DNA of 56,342 nt, the filler included, from Bradymonadales bacterium (GTDB taxonomy: Bacteria; Bdellovibrionota; UBA2394), in the NCBI GenBank assembly GCA_007693605.1. It is 4 parts of 4 records of this genome, joined end to end, with 100 filler letters (N's around TTAATTAATTAA, not from the genome) between each part and the next. Parts side by side here need not be neighbours in the genome. Positions count along the whole stretch, not along the records: positions 1 to 15,046 come from REDG01000017.1; positions 15,147 to 29,176 come from REDG01000043.1; 2 more parts are not named here. One strand, 5' to 3'. Of this stretch, positions 10,322 through 20,317 are shown piece after piece. Both the position numbers and the translations under genes were made by a program. The notes beneath the pieces are model-generated. The model saw nothing but the letters and a program-made list of their open reading frames with translations. It had not been told where the DNA came from and did not search any database. Numbering within the stretch: the stretch's first letter is position 1; every line of letters starts with the position of its first letter.

Positions 10322-11767
10322 CTAAGTGCCGCAAAAGGTTTGCTGAACAACTTCTTCAGGCTTGGGAGGCAGGCGATAGTCAGCAAACTCTTCTTGTGCG
10401 TCATAGGGCTTCTCTGAAAGCTTCAAGAGGCGCTTGAACTCCAGATTCGTTCCCTCTTCAACGGCCTCCTGAATCGCTCGCTCGACTAAATGATTTCTTG
10501 GGATATAAACCGGATTCGAATTTTTCATCAGATTTTTCGAGGCTTCAAGGCCCGCGGCCTGAGAGTCTCTTCTCTCTTGCCACGACTTCAGCCAATCCCG
10601 ATCCCATTCAGGCTCTGCTCTTTCTAAAGAATCAATCTCTGACAGACTTCGAAAGAAATTATTGAAGTCGGGCTTCTTTTTCTGCATCCACTCAAACAAG
10701 CTAAAAATCAAAGCTTCGTCTTTCTCTCGCTCTTCAATAAGACCGAGCTTCGAGCGCAGTAGCCGCAGCCACTCCCTTCGAAACAAAAGCTCAAAGTCCT
10801 TCAAAACTTCTTCGACTTGCTCACGAAATTCTTCCGCCTTTGTCGAAGCCAGAGGCGACAAGGCTTCTGCCAGGCAGCTCAGATTCCACTGCGCGATACT
10901 GGCTTGGTTGCCAAAGGCATAGCGAGCATGACGATCAATCGAACTAAAAACCTTCGAGGCATCAAATTCATCTAAGAAAGCACAGGGTCCGTAATCGATC
11001 GTCTCTCCTGAAATGCTGGTGTTATCTGTATTCATCACGCCATGAATAAATCCGAGACTCATCCATGTAGCCACCAATTGAGCTTGGCGAGCGGCCACCT
11101 CTCTCAGAAAATCCAAAGCCAAGTTTGCACTGTCTTGCAGTTCTGGCAAGTGTCTCCAAACACAATAGTCCAGCAACTTCTTGAGGTTCTCTTTCTCTCC
11201 TCGATATCGAAAGTACTCAAAAGTCCCAATGCGAATATGACTGGAGGCCACTCGCACAAAAATTCCACCAGGCAACAGACTCTCTCGAATCACCGAATCG
11301 CCCGTTCGAAGAGCCGCAAGAGCCCTCGTACTGGGCACACCTAAACGATTCATCCATTCACTTAAGATGTACTCTCGAATCACCGGCCCCAAAGCCGAGC
11401 GGCCGTCCCCTTGTCGAGAAAATGCTGTTCTGCCCGCCCCCTTCAATTGAATATCTCGGAGCTGCCCACTGCCATCTCGAAGTTCCCCCAATAAAATCGC
11501 CCTCCCGTCCCCAAGCTGGGGAACAAAGTGACCAAACTGATGCCCGGCATAGGCCATGGCAATCATCGAGGATTCTTTCAGAGCTCTATTTCCAGAAAAA
11601 ACGGCCAAGGACTCCTCAGAACCAAACTCCCGCAAGTCGAGATTGAGCTCAGCAGCTAAGGCCTCATTTCTCACGATCCACTCCGGACGACTCACAGGAG
11701 TCGGCGAAACTTCTTGATAAAACTGAGGACCCAGATCCTTATAGGTCTGTAAAAAATCCAATTTCAT
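10322..11767 (-). CDS. selO: Protein adenylyltransferase SelO (YdiU)
   Basis: YAGHQFG, LGDGRA, QLKGAG, GDGRS, HGVMNTDN, IDYGP motifs; C-terminal TFCGT. Confidence 0.95.
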   Translation of the reverse strand: MKLDFLQTYKDLGPQFYQEVSPTPVSRPEWIVRNEALAAELNLDLREFGSEESLAVFSGNRALKESSMIAMAYAGHQFGHFVPQLGDGRAILLGELRDGSGQLRDIQLKGAGRTAFSRQGDGRSALGPVIREYILSEWMNRLGVPSTRALAALRTGDSVIRESLLPGGIFVRVASSHIRIGTFEYFRYRGEKENLKKLLDYCVWRHLPELQDSANLALDFLREVAARQAQLVATWMSLGFIHGVMNTDNTSISGETIDYGPCAFLDEFDASKVFSSIDRHARYAFGNQASIAQWNLSCLAEALSPLASTKAEEFREQVEEVLKDFELLFRREWLRLLRSKLGLIEEREKDEALIFSLFEWMQKKKPDFNNFFRSLSEIDSLERAEPEWDRDWLKSWQERRDSQAAGLEASKNLMKNSNPVYIPRNHLVERAIQEAVEEGTNLEFKRLLKLSEKPYDAQEEFADYRLPPKPEEVVQQTFCGT

Positions 11768-11938
11768 AGCTGATTTTAGAAACCTATCGGATCTCGACCC
11801 AAAGCCAATGGAAATCCTCGGAAAATGAGGCTAGCCAGTGCCCCATTCGAGCCATTAGGTCGGCGGGGGCTATAGGCTCGTCCTTCAAGCAACATCTCCC
11901 TTGCTGCAATTTCTAAGTTATGTCAGGAAGGGGCTTCG

Positions 11939-13159
11939 ATGGGGCCTAGAAAGCTGAATTTTTCGGGATTTGGTGCTGTGTTGATCGTCGCGAGCGCCAT
12001 GGCCATGAGCCTCCCAACAAGCCTTCCCCTGTCGGCTTGCCCTCTTTCCAAGCTTATTAACGACCCAATTCAACCTGAAACCTTCCAGCCACTTAAGATG
12101 GCTGATGTCGCAGGTTTTGTGGATCGATTCCCGGTAAACCTCACGCCCGTTCAGGAATCTCTTGGGGGCGCAGGCAAGCCCTCGGTCATGGTTCCAGATA
12201 CCACTCGCTTTCGGTGGATAGAATTTGTTTACCAGTTGAGCCTGATCGACTTTAGCCAGCCAGGGGAGCCTGATATTGTGATGCGGGATCTGAGTGGCCC
12301 AAACGAAATATGGAGACCTCTGAAGATCTCTTCCGCACAAATTGAAGGATGGAGGCGATTGGGGCTTATTCAAGACAACGGAGACTTTAATCTTCAAGTG
12401 ACCTCCCACGAGCTTGTTCACAAGTTTGAAGAAGAGTCTGTCAAGTCCAGACAAGTTCAGTCCCCGATCTTTAGAGAGTTTAGAGAAGGCAGACATTGGC
12501 AGGCTTATCTTCGACCTTCCCGAACTTCTCACTATGAAGGAGGCTTCGACAGTGGTTTGTATTTTGCAAAACTGATAGTCAGCTCTGAGATTCCAATGGA
12601 CGATCTTCATATCGTCTTTTTTCATTTGCCCGATCTTTTAGACCCCGTTCGACAATCTCTGTTTTATCTTTTGGAGCGATCCGTTTTGCTAGAGGCGAGG
12701 TGGCGCAACTCGCACTCTGAAACACTTGAAGGACCCCCAGCATTTGAGTCTCTGATCACCCAATTCTTCGAGGGCGCCACCATTTTAAGAGAGCAGAATC
12801 TTCTGAATGGCTTTATCAACTTTATTAACCCGGCAGGTCGAATTCTTTCGACTTCTTCAGCTAAGGTGCCAAGCCTTAGCGATGTGATTAAGGGAATCAA
12901 CAAAGCGGCTGAAGGGAGCGCATTGGCTTACCATCGTTGGTTGGCCAGTGAAAAAACCATTCCCGTTTATCATTCAGAACAGCACTGGATCCTCATCAGC
13001 TATGCGGTTGAACGATTCCTCCGAAAAATCGAGAAAGACGGATTCGAAGACTCATGGCTCAGGCTCTTGATCGATCAATTCAGAACGAATCGCCTCTGGC
13101 TTCAAGAGCGCCTGGAGTTTTCAAAGGAAGACGAGGCGCTCTTTGTTTTCCCTGACTGA
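11939..13159 (+). CDS. Hypothetical secreted protein
   Basis: 406-aa ORF with N-terminal hydrophobic signal; no family recognised. Confidence 0.7.
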   Translation: MGPRKLNFSGFGAVLIVASAMAMSLPTSLPLSACPLSKLINDPIQPETFQPLKMADVAGFVDRFPVNLTPVQESLGGAGKPSVMVPDTTRFRWIEFVYQLSLIDFSQPGEPDIVMRDLSGPNEIWRPLKISSAQIEGWRRLGLIQDNGDFNLQVTSHELVHKFEEESVKSRQVQSPIFREFREGRHWQAYLRPSRTSHYEGGFDSGLYFAKLIVSSEIPMDDLHIVFFHLPDLLDPVRQSLFYLLERSVLLEARWRNSHSETLEGPPAFESLITQFFEGATILREQNLLNGFINFINPAGRILSTSSAKVPSLSDVIKGINKAAEGSALAYHRWLASEKTIPVYHSEQHWILISYAVERFLRKIEKDGFEDSWLRLLIDQFRTNRLWLQERLEFSKEDEALFVFPD

Positions 13160-14228
13160 GGGCTTGAGCAATCTGCTCTCCCACTTTTCGCCCCAGTACG
13201 GGAGGAACCGCATTGCCAATCTGCAGGTTCTTTGAAGTTTTGCTTCCGACAAATCGGTACGAATCGGGAAAGCCCTGCAAACGAGCGCCCTCTCGTGTCG
13301 TCAGGGCTCTGTTTTGAAAGGGATGAACACAACGAGAAGAAGAGGGGGTTGAGAAATTACGAGTAATCGTCGGAGAGGGCTGATCAGGCAGGAGTCGAGC
13401 GTAAGTGTTGGCAAAATAACTCTTTGGACGAAGCCTTAAGGGCAGATCTTTGACCGAGCCCCCAGGAGGAATTCTTCGAAGAATCTCTCTCATTTTCTTT
13501 CCGTATTGACTACTAGAATGCTCGGTCAGTTCTTGAGAGCCCTTTCGAAGATTCATCTGGTATTCGTTCTGGGGCGCACACAGGTATTGGGAGCTTGCCT
13601 CTCCCGCTTCAAGCGGAGGCAGATCTCCAATGGCATCCATTAGCGATAGTCTTTTTCCTTTTGCAGAAGGCGTCGGCAGCTCAACGGCAGCAGAGTCCTT
13701 TCGCCATCCCACAATGATGCTTCGAAGCCGTCGCTGAGGAAGCCCAAAATCAAAAGCGTCAAGAACCCCCCAACAAAAGGAATAACCTAAAGAGCGAAGC
13801 TCGCCAGTCAAAGCCTCAAAGGCTCGGCCCTCATAGAGCCTTTGAAATCCAGACACATTCTCAAACAAAATGAAGCGAGCCTGAAGTTCGTACACGGCAC
13901 GCAGGTACTCATAGAAAAGATTGTTGCGGGGGTCTCGTTCTCGCTTTGAACCCACCGTGCTAAATCCCTGGCATGGCGGGCCTCCCGCCAACAGATCCAG
14001 CCCCTCAGGAAAAAACTTCCGAGCCAAAGCCTTAAAGTCCAGATCGTGAATGTCTCGACAGTCCAGCTCGGTCTTGGGATGGTTCGCACGATAAGTCTCA
14101 CAAGAATCAACATCAATATCATTCGCATAAGCAATCTGAAACCCGGCCTGTTCGAGCCCAAGACCGAGACCTCCTGCCCCACAAAAGAGCTCTAAGCAAT
14201 TCGCCTTTCGCCCAGAGGCCTTCATCAA
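13080..14228 (-). CDS. DNA (cytosine-5) methyltransferase of a type II R-M system
   Basis: Motifs LFCGAGG, GGPPCQGFS, ENV, PQRRLR, REGARLQGFPD, QIGNAVPP. Confidence 0.95.
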   Translation of the reverse strand: MMKASGRKANCLELFCGAGGLGLGLEQAGFQIAYANDIDVDSCETYRANHPKTELDCRDIHDLDFKALARKFFPEGLDLLAGGPPCQGFSTVGSKRERDPRNNLFYEYLRAVYELQARFILFENVSGFQRLYEGRAFEALTGELRSLGYSFCWGVLDAFDFGLPQRRLRSIIVGWRKDSAAVELPTPSAKGKRLSLMDAIGDLPPLEAGEASSQYLCAPQNEYQMNLRKGSQELTEHSSSQYGKKMREILRRIPPGGSVKDLPLRLRPKSYFANTYARLLPDQPSPTITRNFSTPSSSRCVHPFQNRALTTREGARLQGFPDSYRFVGSKTSKNLQIGNAVPPVLGRKVGEQIAQALSQGKQRAPRLPLKTPGALEARGDSF

Positions 14229-14992
14229 TCAAGCTCCAAATCTTCAAGTCTTGGCAAGGGCTCTAAAAATTTCCACACAAAGCCTTCCTCTGGAATGGCC
14301 GCCACCTTTTGGCCCTCCATCTGAGATTGAAACTCCCACTTTAACCAAGCCAATCTGTCCGGCTGATCCAGCCTAAAAAGGGCCGCTTGACCATTGAATA
14401 TATCAAGATGGGCGCAAAGGCTGGGAACATTTTCTTTCATTAGAACTCGCCTAGCCTCTTCTACTTTGTGAAACTTAATGTCATTCATTCCTTGAAAGCC
14501 TGCTTGAACTTCTAACCTAAGCCTGCCACGAGGAGTCTGCAATAAATAATCAGCCTTCGGAAGTCTTCGAAAGCTCTTAAGGCTTGAGATATCATCTTCT
14601 CCGATGCTCTGAGATTCTGAGGCCTTCAACAGAGTCTTGATCGCCGGCAGAAAAAACTCAGCGGTCACATGGCCACGCAACCAATTAAACAAAACTTGCT
14701 CAGGCCGTCGACCCTGATTGGTAAACTTGGCGATCAGTCCGTTGGAATCTAGGCTTTCATAAACAGCATAAATCTTTTCTTGAATAAATCTCTCAACAGA
14801 TTCTGGCCGAACAGAGTTCTCTAGAATCTTGTCGTAGGCAAAAACCAAATCTTCTAATCGCTTGAGGAGCTTTGAGATATATTCTTGATCAATTTTTGGC
14901 TTGATATCTTTTGCAGCAAAAAAATTTTTTGCAGTCGCCTTGCTCGCGAGACCGAAGCGGTCTCGATAGGCTTGTTTAGAGTCCTTGGTCAA
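14225..14992 (-). CDS. Type II restriction endonuclease (PD-(D/E)xK-like)
   Basis: Translationally coupled to the MTase (4-bp overlap); PKAD...LEVQAG catalytic-like motif; TTG start with SD. Confidence 0.75.
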   Translation of the reverse strand: MTKDSKQAYRDRFGLASKATAKNFFAAKDIKPKIDQEYISKLLKRLEDLVFAYDKILENSVRPESVERFIQEKIYAVYESLDSNGLIAKFTNQGRRPEQVLFNWLRGHVTAEFFLPAIKTLLKASESQSIGEDDISSLKSFRRLPKADYLLQTPRGRLRLEVQAGFQGMNDIKFHKVEEARRVLMKENVPSLCAHLDIFNGQAALFRLDQPDRLAWLKWEFQSQMEGQKVAAIPEEGFVWKFLEPLPRLEDLELD

Positions 14993-15046
14993 AGACCCAC
15001 TCCTTCGCTCTCTTTGTTTGACCCTTTTCCTTTCGGATCGCTCCGT

Positions 15047-15146
15047 NNNNNNNNNNNNNNNNNNNNNNNNNNNNNNNNNNNNNNNNNNNNTTAATTAATT
15101 AANNNNNNNNNNNNNNNNNNNNNNNNNNNNNNNNNNNNNNNNNNNN
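15047..15146. other. Artificial contig linker
   Basis: N44-TTAATTAATTAA-N44. Confidence 0.98.
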
Positions 15147-15182
15147 ATGCCACTTGAGAAGCGCAGCGACGAAGCCGCCAAA

Positions 15183-15208
15183 GCAGATGGGCTTTTAGCG
15201 ACAGTCCC
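15183..15208. repeat. Dispersed repeat, family B (MITE/REP-like end)
   Basis: GCAGATGGGCTTTTAGCGACAGTCCC; related copies at 16354, 18599, 20290, 48193. Confidence 0.8.
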
Positions 15209-15210
15209 AT

Positions 15211-15239
15211 TTGACAGCCCCTGTTTCGCTTCCTAAGTT
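15211..15239 (+). promoter_or_regulatory. sigma70 promoter of dnaJ (probably leaderless)
   Basis: TTGACA-N17-TAAGTT, 6 nt before the GTG start. Confidence 0.6.
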
Positions 15240-15245
15240 CGTCTA

Positions 15246-16340
15246 GTGAGCGCTTCCTATTATGAAATTCTTGGGGTTTCGACCCAAGCCTCAGAGGATG
15301 ACTTGAAGAAGGCCTATCGTCGTTTAGCTCTTCAGTATCACCCCGACCGAAATTCCGAGGCAGAAGCCGCCGAAAAGTTTCGTGAGATCCAAGAGGCCTA
15401 TTCCGTTTTAAGCGATCCAGAGAAGCGGCAGATTTATGACCAATATGGAAAGGAAGGTCTGCGGGCCGGGGGATTTCGAGGTCCGAATATCGAGGACATT
15501 TTTGGAGGCTTTAGCTCCATTTTTGAGGACTTTTTCGGAGGAGGGGGCCGAGCAAGAGCTCGAAAGGGTCCAGACCTCTTGTACCGACTAGAGATTGAGT
15601 TTCGAGAGGCTGTTTATGGGGTCAAGCGAGAGATTGAAGTTCAACGCTCGAAGATTTGTAGGACTTGTCAGGGCAGTCGCTGTGAGAAGGGGTATCAGCC
15701 CGAGCAGTGCATTCATTGTGGAGGAAGCGGGAAGCTGAGGCAACAACGAGGCTTCTTTATGTTCGAACAAGAATGTCCTTCATGTCGCGGTGAAGGCAGT
15801 CTCGTTCGAAAAGCTTGCAAGGCCTGCCACGGCGAGGGTTTAGAGAGAGAAACGGCTAAGCTAGAGGTCAAAGTGCCGGCTGGAGTCGAAACCGGCCTTC
15901 GCTTAAGAATGATGAATGAGGGGGAACTTGAACTCGGTGCTAGCAGCCGAGGGGATCTCTATATTGAGCTTCAAGTACAGGCTGACGAGAGATTTGAAAG
16001 AGACGGAATTGACTTGGTGACGCAGATTCGATTTCCCTTTGTCGAACTCGCTTTAAAGCGAAACTTTGAAGTGGAACTCTTAAACGGCGAATTGAAGGCA
16101 CTTCAACTTCCAAAGAGTTTTCAACTTCCTCTTAGCCTTCGAATTCAGGGTGAAGGGGTGAAGGACCTTCGGACGGGTCGAAAGGGAGATTTGGTCGTGG
16201 AAGTTTTGACTGAGTTTCCAGAAAAGCTTCCAGCAGAACTTCAAGAGGCCCTAGAAAATCAGCTGGCCAATCTTGAAGAACCGAAAAAGAAAAAAAGAAA
16301 AAAGAAAAAGTCCGGCCTCTTTTCAAAATTTCAGATCTGA
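15246..16340 (+). CDS. dnaJ: Chaperone DnaJ
   Basis: J domain with HPD, G/F region, four CxxCxGxG-type zinc motifs. Confidence 0.93.
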   Translation: MSASYYEILGVSTQASEDDLKKAYRRLALQYHPDRNSEAEAAEKFREIQEAYSVLSDPEKRQIYDQYGKEGLRAGGFRGPNIEDIFGGFSSIFEDFFGGGGRARARKGPDLLYRLEIEFREAVYGVKREIEVQRSKICRTCQGSRCEKGYQPEQCIHCGGSGKLRQQRGFFMFEQECPSCRGEGSLVRKACKACHGEGLERETAKLEVKVPAGVETGLRLRMMNEGELELGASSRGDLYIELQVQADERFERDGIDLVTQIRFPFVELALKRNFEVELLNGELKALQLPKSFQLPLSLRIQGEGVKDLRTGRKGDLVVEVLTEFPEKLPAELQEALENQLANLEEPKKKKRKKKKSGLFSKFQI

Positions 16341-16353
16341 TCCGACGCTTGGA

Positions 16354-16378
16354 GCAGATGAGCCCTTAGCGGCACTCT
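16354..16378. repeat. Dispersed repeat, family B
   Basis: GCAGATGAGCCCTTAGCGGCACTCT between convergent genes. Confidence 0.7.
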
Positions 16379-17555
16379 AGAAGGAACCGGCGATCCTCAC
16401 CCCAAATGTCCTCTTCTCCTGTAGTCGAGCAAAGCGCCCTGTCTCTTCGGCAGTAATGAAGGCGTCGAAGCGAAAGAAGCGGAAGTTAACACCCGAGCCG
16501 ACAGTCCAATAACCCTGTGAGAGCCCTGCTCGGATTCCCCAAAAACCAAAAAGCAAAGCCTCTGCCCCCAAATGCAGATGATTCAAGAACTCCTTTTTCT
16601 GGTTAAGGTTTCGAGCGTCGGCGCTCAAGCGAAATTTGGCAAAACCAAACTCTGGATGAAAGGCCAGGCCAGCAGAGAGGCTTTGTGGAATATCTTTTGG
16701 AAAGCGATTCTCTCCCGATCGAAAGAATCGAGTGTTCCCGACATCCTGCCATGTCAGACCGACGGCAGGACGCCAACGGCTCAAGAAATTTCGAAGGGGA
16801 GCATTAGAAGTCAAAGAATCTGGAACCCAGTATTTCACTCCTAAATCCACCCCCATTCCAAGGGCCTTTGATGAAAAGACCCCATCCCCAATGATCTGGT
16901 CTTTCACCTCAAGGCCCTCGTTCATGCCAATCAGAATGGCATCGAGTCGTTGGGCCTCGTCCTCAAAGGGGCTCACCCGATAGAGAGCCTTTAGGGTCGC
17001 TCCTACCTGAAGACTGTTGTCCAAGAAGGGATAAGCACTCCCGAGAACTAAGCCTGCCGTCATATTGCTATCCCCAGCTTCCACCAATTGGTTGGAGCCA
17101 AAACCGCCTAAGCGAAGGTCAGCGTCTAACTCCATATCAAGCATCATGCCGATATGCCAACGGCTTCGACTATAAGAGGGATTGAAGAGAACGCGAGCTC
17201 GGTTAGAAGCGGTGGCTGCTTTCTCTAAGAGTTTTTCGAGGGCGGCTCTTTGTTCTGCTGTTGGGGAATCGCGATCCACAACTCGCACATAGTTTCGGGT
17301 CTCGTTCGCTACACCCATATTCAAAGGCAGCTCCACAAGAATCGGAAACTCGAATCGAGCTCGGGTGACATCCGCCAAACCCGCTGGGTTAAGGGCGGCC
17401 GAATAGTGATTGCCGCGAGCCGCCAAACCCGAATGCCCCATTCCCATCGATTCAATCGATCGATTCACCGCGGAAGGGTCCGCTAGGCTAAACTCGGGCC
17501 AGGCAAGAGCGAGGCTCAGAAGCCCTAGAACAGACGAAATCAAAATTCTATTCAT
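16377..17555 (-). CDS. TraF-like outer-membrane beta-barrel protein
   Basis: Signal peptide, MGMG...NPAGL motif, amphipathic strands, C-terminal Phe. Confidence 0.7.
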   Translation of the reverse strand: MNRILISSVLGLLSLALAWPEFSLADPSAVNRSIESMGMGHSGLAARGNHYSAALNPAGLADVTRARFEFPILVELPLNMGVANETRNYVRVVDRDSPTAEQRAALEKLLEKAATASNRARVLFNPSYSRSRWHIGMMLDMELDADLRLGGFGSNQLVEAGDSNMTAGLVLGSAYPFLDNSLQVGATLKALYRVSPFEDEAQRLDAILIGMNEGLEVKDQIIGDGVFSSKALGMGVDLGVKYWVPDSLTSNAPLRNFLSRWRPAVGLTWQDVGNTRFFRSGENRFPKDIPQSLSAGLAFHPEFGFAKFRLSADARNLNQKKEFLNHLHLGAEALLFGFWGIRAGLSQGYWTVGSGVNFRFFRFDAFITAEETGRFARLQEKRTFGVRIAGSF

Positions 17556-18453
17556 TTATTGCTCCTTGCAAATAATCGCAAACCAACTTCGCCTTGTCCT
17601 CATCCACTTCCTCTCGAAACTCCCCATTGAAGGCATCGGGGCTATCTGGATCGTTTGCGTCTGGGGCATCAGAGTCAAACTGAGCTTGAAGCTCCTCAAT
17701 GAACTCTAGAATGTCGTGATTTGAAGCGGCCGAGCCAAAGAATGTATCGTCAAGGCCTCCTCGATTGTAAAACCAGCGGGCTCGGTAGAGAGACCTCGTT
17801 AACTCATCTAAAAACTCGAGACCTTTAAGTGCATTCTCGCACTCGTCAGGATCGAAAAGATCTTCCTTGTTGAAGTCCGTCTCATCAATCAAAATCAAAA
17901 GAGACTGAAAGAATAGGAGCTGAGCGACGGCCAGGTCCACTCTTCTCTGAAGAGATTCGGAAGCTCCGCTATAATCTTCGCTGGGGGTTCTAGCCACAAA
18001 ACCCGCCTCCCCGAAACGAGGGTCTTGACTCCCCAGATTTCCAATCACGAGGGTCAATCGGTTGATTCCATCTTGAAAAACATCAAAGCGCTCAACATCC
18101 TGTAGAGTGGAATCCTGAATGACTGGATCGATGGCTTGACGAAAAGCATCTCGAACTTTTTCGTTGTCTTCTTTGTGTAACAGACGACTTAAGACCCGAA
18201 TCGGATCCACCCCCGCTCGACCCAGTTGCGCCCCGGCATAAAGCTCCAAGGCCTCCAACAATTTCTCACCAGTGACTCGGGGCGGTTGACCCGCAAGGGG
18301 AACAACGAGAGGCTCCAAAATATGAAAGGCCTTGCTTGCAGCCTCCTGTCGGCCCGTGCCTAAGAGAAAGCGAGCCTTTTCAAGATCGGCGTTCACCCCT
18401 CCCCCACAAGAAAACTGAATTGCTGCCATTAAGATCAAAGGCCAAAGTCTCAT
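17548..18453 (-). CDS. Hypothetical lipoprotein, partner of the TraF-like barrel
   Basis: MRLWPLILMAAIQFS-C lipobox-like signal; SD GGAGG; overlaps the next gene. Confidence 0.7.
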   Translation of the reverse strand: MRLWPLILMAAIQFSCGGGVNADLEKARFLLGTGRQEAASKAFHILEPLVVPLAGQPPRVTGEKLLEALELYAGAQLGRAGVDPIRVLSRLLHKEDNEKVRDAFRQAIDPVIQDSTLQDVERFDVFQDGINRLTLVIGNLGSQDPRFGEAGFVARTPSEDYSGASESLQRRVDLAVAQLLFFQSLLILIDETDFNKEDLFDPDECENALKGLEFLDELTRSLYRARWFYNRGGLDDTFFGSAASNHDILEFIEELQAQFDSDAPDANDPDSPDAFNGEFREEVDEDKAKLVCDYLQGAINE

Positions 18454-18598
18454 CAAAAATACCCCTCCACTTGACCTCTTTATTGCAACCAAGATAGCCG
18501 TCGCTGTCTAGTTTTCATTCTAAGAGATTCTCGGCCAAGTCCCTCTGAGAGAGTGACGCTTCCAATAAGGGAGGGGCGGTCGCCAAACTCCTGATTTA

Positions 18599-18624
18599 GG
18601 GAGTGTCGCTAAAGGCTCATGTGC
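18599..18624. repeat. Dispersed repeat, family B (inverted)
   Basis: GGGAGTGTCGCTAAAGGCTCATGTGC. Confidence 0.75.
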
Positions 18625-18697
18625 GGTGCTGGAGAAGTTGAGCCTGCCCAGCCTCTTAGGTTGCCTGAGAGTTTGCGGGGGCTTAGACTTAAGTCTC

Positions 18698-20233
18698 ATG
18701 AAAGATTGGCTGAAGCTCCAAAAAGATCTCTATGTCACTGCGCGTTCAGAATTAAAAAAGATGACGCAGCCAAAGCCTCGAAACTTTCAGGCCTACGAGA
18801 GACGCTACCTTCGCGACCTAGATGGTCTTAAGAAATCGAGCTTTGAAGAGTTTTATCGCTCCCAACGAAGGGCAGATTGTTTCTTGATCGGTGACTTTCA
18901 CAGTTTTCGGCAGAGTCAGAAACAGCTTTTGAGGCTTCTTAAAGACCCGCGCGTCCGGAAACCCAAGAGTTTGGGCTTAGAGACGCTTCCTCTCGAGCTC
19001 GAAAGCGAGCTCCAGGGGTATCTGAAGAAGCCTAGCCCTCAAAAACTTAAGAAGTTACAACGAGCCTGGAATCTGGAGGAACATTGGGGGAGCAGCTGGG
19101 ACACCTACAAAGCAATTCTCAGTCTCTGTCAGGAACTGAAGATTCAAGTCTATAGTTTAGGATCGACTCAAGCCTCCCTTGAAAAGCGAGACCAAATGGC
19201 CGCCCGCCGGGCCTTGCAGCAAGCTCGACCGAGTTGGCTCTTCATCGGAGAAATGCATTGTGCACGACCCCACTTAGCACGCCTCTTGCGATTGAAGAGT
19301 CCTGATCTGGAGGTCTTGAGTCTTCAGCAAAATGAAGATCGACTCGCTTTAAAGCATTTGAAGCAAATGAAAACGAAGAGTTCTCTGATGTTTCTCTCTC
19401 AACACCCTAAGCTGGGTGAAGTCTTTTGTCTGCTTCACACGCTGCCCTGGGTGAAGTGGCAGAGTGATTTGAATTTCAAGATTCGACAAGAAGAGGGCTA
19501 CTCGGAGCTCGATCCTCACGATCAAATTTTGTGGTCTCTTCGAACCCTGAAAGACTTTTTTGAAGATCGTCGCTATCCATCGAGCATCATCTCTAAAGAA
19601 GCCTTTGACTTTCAGGCCATCAGCTCTTCAGACGAAGACTTTCTAGAAGCTCTTGAGAAACTTTCTGCTGCCGAGCAAAACTGGGTGCTCGAACAGCTTG
19701 AACTCGAGCATGTGGCCGTTCTTTCAAGACAAAGACGGATTTTTCTTTCAGAAGTGAGCCTAAACTCCTGCGCGCAGGCGGCCTCTTTGCTTTTGATTAG
19801 CCATTGGCAACAGAAGCAATATTTTGAGTTTAATTTCTATCGAACGAGTTTTCTTCATGCTTTGAGCTTTTTTCTTTCGAAGATTTTGAACCATCGCCGA
19901 AAGAGCCCCAGTTGGGATGAATGGAGAAAGAGCCTCAAACGAAACGGAGAGCAACACAAACTGGATGTTTTGTGGCGTTCAAGAAACTTCTATCGTTGGG
20001 GGCTCAAGGCCGAGGAGCTCCGGTTTCAGAAGCAGGAAGGCTTGAATTTTGCCGCTCATGCGCTCGGACGATGGTTGGCCGATCAATGCTTTGAGGCCTT
20101 CTTGGCCGGAGAGTTTTCAAAGCAACGACTGACACGAATTTGCACCAGCTCCTTTCAGAGTGAAGAGATTGCCTACCTGCGGCTTTGCGAACTCTGGAGT
20201 CTCGCCCGTGACTTTCGTTCAGAGCCCAACTAA
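18698..20233 (+). CDS. ChaN-like (TIKI/EreA superfamily) domain protein
   Basis: LIGDFH, LGLE, RDQMAA, IGEMH motifs; ATG 18698 preferred because it follows TTGCCT-N17-TAGACT. Confidence 0.6.
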   Translation: MKDWLKLQKDLYVTARSELKKMTQPKPRNFQAYERRYLRDLDGLKKSSFEEFYRSQRRADCFLIGDFHSFRQSQKQLLRLLKDPRVRKPKSLGLETLPLELESELQGYLKKPSPQKLKKLQRAWNLEEHWGSSWDTYKAILSLCQELKIQVYSLGSTQASLEKRDQMAARRALQQARPSWLFIGEMHCARPHLARLLRLKSPDLEVLSLQQNEDRLALKHLKQMKTKSSLMFLSQHPKLGEVFCLLHTLPWVKWQSDLNFKIRQEEGYSELDPHDQILWSLRTLKDFFEDRRYPSSIISKEAFDFQAISSSDEDFLEALEKLSAAEQNWVLEQLELEHVAVLSRQRRIFLSEVSLNSCAQAASLLLISHWQQKQYFEFNFYRTSFLHALSFFLSKILNHRRKSPSWDEWRKSLKRNGEQHKLDVLWRSRNFYRWGLKAEELRFQKQEGLNFAAHALGRWLADQCFEAFLAGEFSKQRLTRICTSSFQSEEIAYLRLCELWSLARDFRSEPN

Positions 20234-20235
20234 TT

Positions 20236-20315
20236 GATTGTCACCAAGCTGCTGAATATTGAGTCAATGTAGGTGCAGCAGCCGCCGAAGCAGATGGGCC
20301 CTTAGCGCCAGTCCC
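20236..20315. repeat. Family B element, about 80 bp
   Basis: GATTGTCACCAAGCT...GCAGATGGGCCCTTAGCGCCAGTCCC between convergent genes. Confidence 0.7.
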
Positions 20316-20317
20316 AG

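Noticed and set aside
10322..10340. Selenocysteine at the SelO C-terminus
   Set aside because: Ends TFCGT followed by TAG; Cys codon, no in-frame TGA.
11918..12625. 235-aa antisense ORF, and other long shadow ORFs (7768-8394, 26088-26591, 26970-27452)
   Set aside because: Fully overlap better-supported genes on the opposite strand.
13080..13159. 80-bp convergent overlap between the MTase and the orphan gene
   Set aside because: Lies after MTase motif X; most simply a non-conserved tail extension.
16377..17555. TraF-like gene as evidence of a conjugative element
   Set aside because: No other tra genes; it sits among housekeeping genes.
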